NCBI GenBank assembly: GCA_031459875.1 | Contig: JAVKHQ010000010.1 | Coordinates: 12,352-76,351, forward strand | Length of the DNA: 64,000 nucleotides | Source of the DNA: Candidatus Fervidifonticultor sextus | GTDB lineage: Bacteria; Sysuimicrobiota; Sysuimicrobiia; Sysuimicrobiales; Humicultoraceae | Reading direction: 5' to 3' | Shown here: in pieces, positions 56,638 to 64,000 of the stretch | How the letters are laid out: every line of letters starts with the position of its first letter | How positions within the stretch are numbered: position 1 is the first letter of the stretch | Translations under genes and position numbers: made by a program | Notes under the pieces: generated by a model | Seen by the model: only the letters and a program-made list of their open reading frames with translations | What the model was told of the DNA's origin: nothing | Database searches by the model: none

Positions 56638-58356
56638 TCAGAGCGCGTCTGTCCCGGCCGCAATGACCTCGAGGTCGGCCCGCGTGTAGGAACCCAGGCT
56701 GCGGAAGTCCAACTCGACGTAGTTCCGAATCCACCGCATGGCGATCTTGACCGCTCTGCGGTACCGCTCTTCGGCTTCCTGGTACGCCGCCCGATCCCTG
56801 GGAGACCCGGCCGACGCCGCCCGAAGCCGCGCCAGGATGTCGTCGGTCTCCTCCAGGAGCAGGCGCTTCACCAGGGCCGCATCGTGCACCACAGAGGGAT
56901 CGGCGGCATCCCTGGCGCGGTGTCGGATCCGCTGGGCGATCTGCGCCACCGAGATGCGACCCGTGGCCAGATCTTCCATCAGGGCGGGATGCCGGCCCGG
57001 CCTGCCGGCCAGGCTGTCGATCCCCTTGGCCCCGCGGCCGTTCAGCCATCCCTCGAGGTACTCCACGAGCATGCGCGCGTTGCGCCGGGTGCCGTCCACG
57101 GTGATCGGACCGTCGGGCACCTGGATGTCCACCGGGTAGCGATCGAAATCGGTCATCTCGGGTGAAGGCCGCCAGCCTGACGCCCGCAAGCGTTTGAAGG
57201 GCTCCGCCGCGGTCTTCATGTGGAAGATGTGCGCCACCCACGCCCGGACGAATCCCTGGCGGGCCTCCCACTCCTTGTCCGCCCGGATGGCCTCCGCCGC
57301 CTGCCGGTTGACCTCGGGGTCGGGATGGGGCAGCGCCGTGGCCATGCCGCCGATGGGGACGGCGCCGCGCCTGAGGCAGATCGCCACCAACCGCCTGAAG
57401 ATGTCGGCAAGGAACGGGGTGGTCTTGATGTCCACACCGAACCGGTCCGGCCACACCTGGGAAGGATCGGTCATGACGTACTCCAGGATGCTGGCCTTGA
57501 GATCCCACCGGGCGGCGTTGAGCCCGGCGGCGTACGGGCCCAGGGCGTGGAGCATCTCCTCCATCTGGTAGACGGCCGGCAGGGCCTCGATGAGGGGGAT
57601 GGCGCGAATCACGGCGTCTTTGAGGTGGGGCAGGTGGGCGCGGCTGGCATCGAAGAGGTCCCGGTAGAAGCGAGCCTCCTCGGCCGATTCCAGCTTGGGG
57701 AGGTAGAAGTAGATCCCCTGGCCGCGCTCGACCTGCGCCCGGCCGGCGTAGAAGAGGGTCAGGGCCGTCCCCAGGATCGCGGCGCAGACGGGGGTCCCGT
57801 CCACCGTCACCTCGGGCTCGTCCAGGTGGAGGCCGCGCTCCCGGTGCATGAAGAAGGGCAGGTCGCCCTCTGCGATCCGGTATGCCTTGCATTTCTCCGG
57901 ATCGAAGTAGGTCAGTTCGCGCCTGACCGCCGCCAGGCGGTTGTGTGCGGCGCGCACGGTGTCGATCAGCCGGTGCCCGGCGGAGTCCTCGTCGTCGTCG
58001 AGGTCGGCCTCGGCCCGCTCCCCCTCCAGCCCCGGGTTCAGCGCGTTGATGAACATGCCGGTCACCGAAGCCGGGCCCGAGATCTCGATCCCCGGCCTCT
58101 GGAGTTCCTCGGGGACCGGGGGGACCTGCCAGTCGCCGCGGCTGGCTTGGCTGTCGAAGACCGGGGCGGGCACCACGCGCTCGTGGAGCGCGCGCCCCAA
58201 CATCGCCGCGCGGCAGGCGCGCAGCGCGCGGACGCGGGGCGCAAACCGGTCGTGGAGGAGGACCAGATAGTCGAGGAATTCGGGCGTGAAGAGCTCCGCC
58301 GCCCCTTCCACCGGGGCGAACCAGACCCGGGATGCGGCGGGGGTGCGCTCACCCAT
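56638..58356 (-). CDS. aceB: Malate synthase A-like protein (divergent)
   Basis: RGLHLDE, YFYLPKLES, LIE, GLNAARWD, IGGMA, WVAH, LMEDLAT. Confidence 0.82.
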   Translation of the reverse strand: MGERTPAASRVWFAPVEGAAELFTPEFLDYLVLLHDRFAPRVRALRACRAAMLGRALHERVVPAPVFDSQASRGDWQVPPVPEELQRPGIEISGPASVTGMFINALNPGLEGERAEADLDDDEDSAGHRLIDTVRAAHNRLAAVRRELTYFDPEKCKAYRIAEGDLPFFMHRERGLHLDEPEVTVDGTPVCAAILGTALTLFYAGRAQVERGQGIYFYLPKLESAEEARFYRDLFDASRAHLPHLKDAVIRAIPLIEALPAVYQMEEMLHALGPYAAGLNAARWDLKASILEYVMTDPSQVWPDRFGVDIKTTPFLADIFRRLVAICLRRGAVPIGGMATALPHPDPEVNRQAAEAIRADKEWEARQGFVRAWVAHIFHMKTAAEPFKRLRASGWRPSPEMTDFDRYPVDIQVPDGPITVDGTRRNARMLVEYLEGWLNGRGAKGIDSLAGRPGRHPALMEDLATGRISVAQIAQRIRHRARDAADPSVVHDAALVKRLLLEETDDILARLRAASAGSPRDRAAYQEAEERYRRAVKIAMRWIRNYVELDFRSLGSYTRADLEVIAAGTDAL

Positions 58357-58397
58357 GGGGTGTCCCCCAGGCTCTCCTCCAGCGCCCGTCCCGACCG

Positions 58398-60890
58398 TCA
58401 CGCCTTGATCCGGCTGCCGGACGGGTCGAAGCGCGGATCGCGCTGTACGGTGGCCTGAATCCGCACCCCGTCCACCTCCACAGCCACCTCGGTCCCCAGG
58501 ACGGCCAGCCGCACCGGCAGGTACGCGTAGGCGATGCTCTCCTCCACGAAGTACCCGTACCCTCCGCTGGTCACCCGGCTCACGACCCGGTCGCCCTCGA
58601 ACACCGGCTCGTTCCCCAGCACGACCCGCTGCGGGTCCGCCAGCACCAGGCAGCAGAGCCTCCGCTTCAGCCCCTCCGCCTTCTGCCGCAGCAGCGCGTC
58701 GCGGCCCTGGAAGTCCCCTTTGTCGAGTTTGACGCAGAACGCCTGGCCGGACTCGTACGGCGTGTACTCCGGCGTGATGTCCGCGCTCCAGTACCGGTAG
58801 CCCTTCTCCAGCCGCAGGGAGTCCACCGCCCGGTAGCCGACGAGGCGCATGCCCAGCGGCCGGCCCGCCTCCCACAGCGCGTCCCAGAGGCGCAGGGCGT
58901 GGTCGGGACGCACGTACAGTTCCCAGCCGAGCTCGCCGACGTAGGTCACCCGGAGTGCCCGCGCCGGCACGCCGGCTGCCCTGACCTCCTGCCACGTCAT
59001 GTAGGGGAAGGCCGCATTGGAGAGGTCGTCCTCGCAGACCTGCTGCAGGATGTCACGCGAGCGGGGTCCCCACACCCCGATGCAGGCCAGTTCCGTGGTG
59101 ATGTCCCTGGCCACCACCGAGCCGTCGGATGGAAGGTGCTTGCGGATCCAGTCCAGGTCGTGGACCCCGAAGGCGCTGCCCGTGACGACCATGAACCGGT
59201 CCGGGGCCAGGCGCGTCACCGTCAGGTCGCACTCGATGCCGCCGCGGGCGTTGAGCATTTGGGTGTAGGTCACGGACCCGGGCGGCCTGTCCATCTCGTT
59301 GTCTGTCAGCCACTGCAGGGCGGCCAGCGCCCCGCGGCCCTCGACCTCGAACTTGGAAAACGAGGTGAAATCGAACAGACCCGCCGTCTCGCGGGTAGCC
59401 AGGTGCTCGAGTGCGATCGCCGGGGACCAGTTGTGCCGCGCCCAGCCCAGCGGCCTCCAGGCTGTGGCGCGCGCCGCCAGGGTGCCGGCCTCGACGCCGC
59501 CGGCGGTTGTCGGTCCGTCGCTCCCGGAGCAGGCCGCCGGGTCGTTGCTGGCGAACCAGTTGGGCCGCTCCCAGCCGCCCTTCTCGCCCAGGACCGCGCC
59601 CGCCTCGACGAGCCGGGGATAGACCGGGCTCAGCCGGAAGCGGCGCGCGGTGTCCCACTCCTCGAACGGCAGGCTCACGGCCCCGTACCGGCGCGCGTAG
59701 GCTTCCACCGACCGCTCAATGGTGTGCGCGGCGTGCGCGTACTGCGGGCCGAACCGGCGGATGTCCATCCGCCAGACGTCCAGGCTCGGCTGGCCGTCCA
59801 CGATCCACTCGGCCAGCACCCGGCCGATCCCGCCGCCGGCGGCGATCCCGTAGGCGTTGAACCCGGCGGCGACAAAGAACCCCCGGACGCCGGGCGCTTC
59901 GCCCATCATGAACTCGCCGTCGGGCGAAAACGCTTCGGGACCGTTGATGATCCTGGAAATCTCCGCGTGCTCGAAGGCCGGGATGCGCCTGGCCGCGTTG
60001 CGCACCACCGGTTCGAAAATCGGCCAGTTGGTCGGCAGCAGCCGGTGGACGAAGTCGTTGGGGACGCCGTCGGTCGACCAGGGCTGGGGCTGCGCCTCGA
60101 ACCCTCCCACCAGCAGTCCCCGGACCTCCTCGCGGGCGTAGACGCGCAGGTCCGGGTCACGCACCACGGGAAATTCGGGCCGCACGCCGTCGACGGGCTC
60201 GGTCAGCAGGTACTGGTGCTGCATGGGCACGATCGGGACGCGTACGCCGACCATGCGGCCGATCCGGTCGGCCCAGATCCCGGCGGCGTTGACCACGACC
60301 GGCGTGCGGATCGTCCCGCGGTCGGTCACCACCGCGTCGACGCGCCCGTGCTTCACCGTGATGCCAAGCACGGTGGTATTGGTGCAGATCTCCACCCCCC
60401 GGCTGCGGGCGCCGCGGGCCATGGCGAAGGTCACCCCGCTGCCGTCCACGCGGCCATCGGTGGGCATGTAGACGGCGCCCACTAGGTCGCGCTCGCTCAG
60501 CAGGGGGAAGAGGGCCACCGCCTCGCGGGGGCTGAGCACCTCCACGGGCAGTCCGAAGGTTCGGGCCAGGGCGGCCTGGCGCAGGTTCTCCTCCATGCGC
60601 AGTGCGCTGGAGGCCAGGCGCAGGCTGCCGCACGGCCGCCAGTCCGTCTCCTGCCCGGTCTCCCGGGCCAACCGCGCGTACAGGTCGGCGCTGAACATCA
60701 TGATGCGGGTGAGGCTGAGCGATCCGCGCAGTTGGCCGACCAGCCCGGCCGCGTGCCAGGTGGAACCGCTGGTGAGTTCGGCCTTCTCCACCAGCACGAC
60801 GTCCCGCCACCCCAGCAGCGAGAGGTGGTAGGCGACGCTGCACCCGACGATCCCGCCGCCGATGATGACCGCCTGCGCTTCCGACTTCAT
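58398..60890 (-). CDS. GcvT-family FAD-dependent oxidoreductase (dimethylglycine/sarcosine dehydrogenase-like)
   Basis: GGGIVG, SGSTWHAAG, INGPEAFSPD, GWERPNWF, SLRLEKGY; C-terminal folate-binding domain. Confidence 0.93.
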   Translation of the reverse strand: MKSEAQAVIIGGGIVGCSVAYHLSLLGWRDVVLVEKAELTSGSTWHAAGLVGQLRGSLSLTRIMMFSADLYARLARETGQETDWRPCGSLRLASSALRMEENLRQAALARTFGLPVEVLSPREAVALFPLLSERDLVGAVYMPTDGRVDGSGVTFAMARGARSRGVEICTNTTVLGITVKHGRVDAVVTDRGTIRTPVVVNAAGIWADRIGRMVGVRVPIVPMQHQYLLTEPVDGVRPEFPVVRDPDLRVYAREEVRGLLVGGFEAQPQPWSTDGVPNDFVHRLLPTNWPIFEPVVRNAARRIPAFEHAEISRIINGPEAFSPDGEFMMGEAPGVRGFFVAAGFNAYGIAAGGGIGRVLAEWIVDGQPSLDVWRMDIRRFGPQYAHAAHTIERSVEAYARRYGAVSLPFEEWDTARRFRLSPVYPRLVEAGAVLGEKGGWERPNWFASNDPAACSGSDGPTTAGGVEAGTLAARATAWRPLGWARHNWSPAIALEHLATRETAGLFDFTSFSKFEVEGRGALAALQWLTDNEMDRPPGSVTYTQMLNARGGIECDLTVTRLAPDRFMVVTGSAFGVHDLDWIRKHLPSDGSVVARDITTELACIGVWGPRSRDILQQVCEDDLSNAAFPYMTWQEVRAAGVPARALRVTYVGELGWELYVRPDHALRLWDALWEAGRPLGMRLVGYRAVDSLRLEKGYRYWSADITPEYTPYESGQAFCVKLDKGDFQGRDALLRQKAEGLKRRLCCLVLADPQRVVLGNEPVFEGDRVVSRVTSGGYGYFVEESIAYAYLPVRLAVLGTEVAVEVDGVRIQATVQRDPRFDPSGSRIKA

Positions 60891-60891
60891 C

Positions 60892-62193
60892 TCAACCTCC
60901 AGACCGGGCAGACACCCGCCGGACGTCCTCCCGCAGCGCGTCGCGGGCAGCGTCCAGGAAGCGTCCCAGGTCCGCCTCGGTGTGCGCCAGCGAGAGGTAC
61001 AGCTTGGTGGACATGGGGTTCAGGAAGATCCCCCGTCGGAACAGCCCCAGCAGGAAGGCCCGGGCCCTCACCCGGTCGGCGCGGGCGGCCGTGCGGTAGT
61101 CGGTCACCTCTCGATCGGTGAACACCACCGCGGCCAGCGGACCGTCGCCCTGGACGTGGGCCGCCACCCCCTCTTCGCCCAGCACCGCCCGCAGACCGCT
61201 GCGGAGGGCAGCCCCCAGGGCGAAGAGGCGGTCGTAGGTGCCAGGCTTCCGCAACTCGGCGAGGACGGTCAGTCCGGCAACCGCGGACAGCGGGTTGGCA
61301 CCCAGCGAGGAGGCGAACCACACGTAGCGGTCCTCGCCCAGCCGGTCCTCGCGGACCAGGTCGAGGATCTCGGCCCGCCCGACCACGGCGCCGATCGGCA
61401 GCCCGCCCCCCAGCGCCTTGCCCAGAGCGGCCAGGTCGGGGACGACGCCGTAGTAGGCCTGCGCGCCGCCGTAGGCCAGGCGGAAGCCGGTCACGACCTC
61501 ATCGAACACGAGCAGCGCCCCAATCCCATTCGCCAGCTCCCGCAGCCCCTCCAGGAAGCCCGGGCGCGGAGGAGTGCAGCGGTGGAGCGGCTCCACGATG
61601 ATCGCGGCCACCTCGTGGCCGTGGGTCTGCAGGATCCGTCCGGTTGTGTCCAGGTCGTTGTAGGGCGCGACGAGGATGTTCTCGATGACGGCGGGGGGCA
61701 GGCCGGCCGAGGTGGGCTCGGCCCGGGGAAAGTCCAGCAGCCGCCTCGGGAACAGGCTGACGGTGCCCACTTCGTTGGCGCCGTGGTAGGCCCCCTCGAA
61801 CTTGAGGACCTTGGGGCGTCCGGTATGCGCTCGGGCCAGCCGGACGGCGTAAGCCGTGGCCTCGGTGCCCGAGGCACAGAACCGCACCCGCTCGGCGCAG
61901 GCCACCGCCCGCACCAGTTCCTCGGCCAGTTCAAGCGAAGGTTCCGTGATGTACGCGAAGTTGGACCCCAGCCCCATGCGGGTCCGGACGGCTTCCACGA
62001 CGGCGGGGTGGGCGTGGCCGAGCAGCACCGACCCCCAGCCCATGGTGAAGTCGGTGAAGCGGCGTCCCTGCGAGTCCCACACCGCCGCCTCTTCTCCCCG
62101 GACCAGGACCGTCACCAGGTCGGGCGGCAGGTCGTACTCGCCCGGCGAGCCTGCCGGGAAGACAGCCAGGGCGCGTTCGGCGGGGGTCGGCAC
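60892..62193 (-). CDS. Class III aminotransferase, glutamate-1-semialdehyde aminomutase-like
   Basis: LLGHAHP, SGTEAT, GAYHG, DEVVTGFR, GKALGGG. Confidence 0.88.
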   Translation of the reverse strand: MPTPAERALAVFPAGSPGEYDLPPDLVTVLVRGEEAAVWDSQGRRFTDFTMGWGSVLLGHAHPAVVEAVRTRMGLGSNFAYITEPSLELAEELVRAVACAERVRFCASGTEATAYAVRLARAHTGRPKVLKFEGAYHGANEVGTVSLFPRRLLDFPRAEPTSAGLPPAVIENILVAPYNDLDTTGRILQTHGHEVAAIIVEPLHRCTPPRPGFLEGLRELANGIGALLVFDEVVTGFRLAYGGAQAYYGVVPDLAALGKALGGGLPIGAVVGRAEILDLVREDRLGEDRYVWFASSLGANPLSAVAGLTVLAELRKPGTYDRLFALGAALRSGLRAVLGEEGVAAHVQGDGPLAAVVFTDREVTDYRTAARADRVRARAFLLGLFRRGIFLNPMSTKLYLSLAHTEADLGRFLDAARDALREDVRRVSARSGG

Positions 62194-62199
62194 GAGGGA

Positions 62200-64000
62200 T
62201 CAGGCCTTGATCCGGCTGTGGGTGGGATCGTAGCGCGGCTCGCGCTGGACGGTGGCCCCGAGGCGCTCGCCGTCCACCACGACGGCGAGCTCGGTGCCGA
62301 CGCCCGCGAGCTCGACTGGCAGGTAGGCGTAGGCGATGCTCTCGCCCACCGTGTACCCGTAGCCTCCGCTGGTCACCCGGCCGACCGCCCGATCGCCGTC
62401 GAGCACCGGTTCGTTCCCCAGCGCCACCCGCTGCGGGTCGGACAGCACGAGGCAGCAGAGCCTCTGGCGGACCCCCTCGGCCTTCTGCCGCAGCAGCGCC
62501 TCGCGGCCCTGGAAGTCCCCCTTGTCCAGCTTGACGCAGAAGGCCTGCCCCGATTCGTAGGGGGTGTACTCCGGCGTGATGTCCACGCCCCAGTAGCGGT
62601 AGCCCTTCTCCAGCCGCAGGGAGTCCACCGCGCGATATCCGACCGGGCGCAGCCCCAGCGGCCGCCCCGCCTCCCACAGCGCGTCCCACACCGTCAGGCC
62701 CGACGCCATCGGGACGTAGAACTCCCACCCCAGTTCCCCCACGTAGGTCACGCGCTGCGCGCGCACGGGGACGCCCGCCACCCGGATCTCCCGGGAGGTC
62801 ATGTAGGGGAAGGCCGTATTGGACACGTCGTCGTCGCAGACCTGCTGCAGGATCTGGCGCGCCTTTGGACCCCACAGGCCGATGCAGCACCGCTCGGCCG
62901 AAACGTCCCGGATGGCGACGGACCCGTCGTCCGGGAGGTGCCGCCGGATCCAGTCCAGGTCGTGGACGCCGAAGGCGCTCCCGGTGATGATCATGAACCG
63001 GTCCGGGGCCAGCCGCGTCACCGTGAGGTCGCACTCGATGCCGCCGCGGGCGTTGAGCATCTGCGTGTAGGTCACGGTCCCCGGCGGCCTGTCCATCTGG
63101 TTGTCGGTCAGCCACTGCAGGGCGGCCAGCGCCCCGGGGCCTTCGACCTCGAACTTGGAAAACGAGGTGAAGTCGAACAGGCCGGCCGCCTCCCGCACCG
63201 CGCGGTGCTCGACCCCGATGGCCGGCGACCAGTTGAGCCGCGCCCAGCCCAGGGGGGTCCAGTCCCGGGGCCCGACAGCGGCCGTCTCGCCGGGTCCCGC
63301 GCCCCGCGTGGCCGCCGACCCGGGATTGTGTGGGTTGCCCGCGGCCGCTGCCGGTGCGTTGCTCGCAAACCAGTTCGGCCGCTCCCAGCCGCCCTTCTCC
63401 CCGAAGACCGCGCCCATGGCCGCCAGGCGGGGGTACGGCGGACTGACCTTCAGGCCCCGCGCTGATTCGCGCTCCTCGAACGGGGGATGGAGCCAGTAGT
63501 TCTTCTCGTAGGTCTCCAGCGCCCGGGCCGCCGCGTAGGCCCGATCGGCGTAGTGGGGCTGGAAGCGGCGGATGTCCATGCGCCACACGTCCATGTCCGG
63601 CGCGCCCTCGGTGATCCACTCGGCCATCACCTTCCCGACGCCGCCCGCGCAGGCGATGCCGGGAGAACCGCCGGCGACGAAGAACCCCCGCACCCCGGGC
63701 GCCTCGCCCAGGACCAGATCGCCGTCGGGCGTGAAGCCGTCGGGCCCGTTGATGAGTTTGTAGACGCCGGCCCGCTCCACGGCCGGGAGGCGGGCGGTGA
63801 TGTTCTTCGCCACCTGCTCGAACTTGTCCCAGTTGGGCGCCAGCAGCCGGTGGTGGAAGTCGGCGGGGATGCCGTCCAGCCCGAAGGGGATCGGACTGGC
63901 CTCGTACCAGCCGATGCACAGGCCGCCGACTTCCTCGCGGAAGTAGATCAGCAGATCCGGATCGCGGACCACCGGCATGCGGCGGTGTGTCCCCTCGATG
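62200..64000 (-). CDS. Second GcvT-family FAD-dependent oxidoreductase, 5' end outside the window
   Basis: VVRDPD, INGPDGFTPD, GWERPNWF, SLRLEKGY; frame is open to the window edge. Confidence 0.92.
   Translation of the reverse strand, partial: IEGTHRRMPVVRDPDLLIYFREEVGGLCIGWYEASPIPFGLDGIPADFHHRLLAPNWDKFEQVAKNITARLPAVERAGVYKLINGPDGFTPDGDLVLGEAPGVRGFFVAGGSPGIACAGGVGKVMAEWITEGAPDMDVWRMDIRRFQPHYADRAYAAARALETYEKNYWLHPPFEERESARGLKVSPPYPRLAAMGAVFGEKGGWERPNWFASNAPAAAAGNPHNPGSAATRGAGPGETAAVGPRDWTPLGWARLNWSPAIGVEHRAVREAAGLFDFTSFSKFEVEGPGALAALQWLTDNQMDRPPGTVTYTQMLNARGGIECDLTVTRLAPDRFMIITGSAFGVHDLDWIRRHLPDDGSVAIRDVSAERCCIGLWGPKARQILQQVCDDDVSNTAFPYMTSREIRVAGVPVRAQRVTYVGELGWEFYVPMASGLTVWDALWEAGRPLGLRPVGYRAVDSLRLEKGYRYWGVDITPEYTPYESGQAFCVKLDKGDFQGREALLRQKAEGVRQRLCCLVLSDPQRVALGNEPVLDGDRAVGRVTSGGYGYTVGESIAYAYLPVELAGVGTELAVVVDGERLGATVQREPRYDPTHSRIKA

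Noticed and set aside
60892-62193. Calling this gene hemL
   Set aside because: No hem genes nearby, and FASSLGANP replaces the usual QAGTLSGNP; kept as a family-level call

Overview
GC-rich bacterial chromosomal window. The large Alu-type SRP RNA, LonC-type protease and F420/LLM enzymes suggest a Terrabacteria-type, possibly thermophilic, organism; this is inference only. Contents in order: a two-component pair, tRNA-Ser(GGA), lepB, a collapsed fadD-like pseudogene, SRP RNA, vapBC-type toxin-antitoxin modules (two intact, one decayed), a TetR-HlyD-ABC exporter, a Lon-like protease, a NitT/TauT ABC importer, Fur/PerR plus a ferritin-like gene, a Dpp-like importer with amidohydrolase, ATC-hydrolase-like and LLM genes, a cyclase-STAND-TPR protein, a decayed patch with IS630 and IS256 remnants, and a long nitrogen-metabolism block. 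The best leads are in that block: (1) a rearranged glutamate-synthase-like pair (tandem FMN-domain fusion plus GATase-GXGXG fusion, no visible electron-input subunit) next to glnA; (2) a histidine phosphatase, GCS2 ligase, MazG-like and SDR operon divergent from a 2-aminoethylphosphonate transporter and phnW with no phnX/phnYA; (3) two GcvT/DMGDH paralogs co-operonic with a class III aminotransferase and a divergent malate synthase. No CRISPR array, prophage or intact mobile element was seen. Product calls come from motif recognition by eye; no searches were run.
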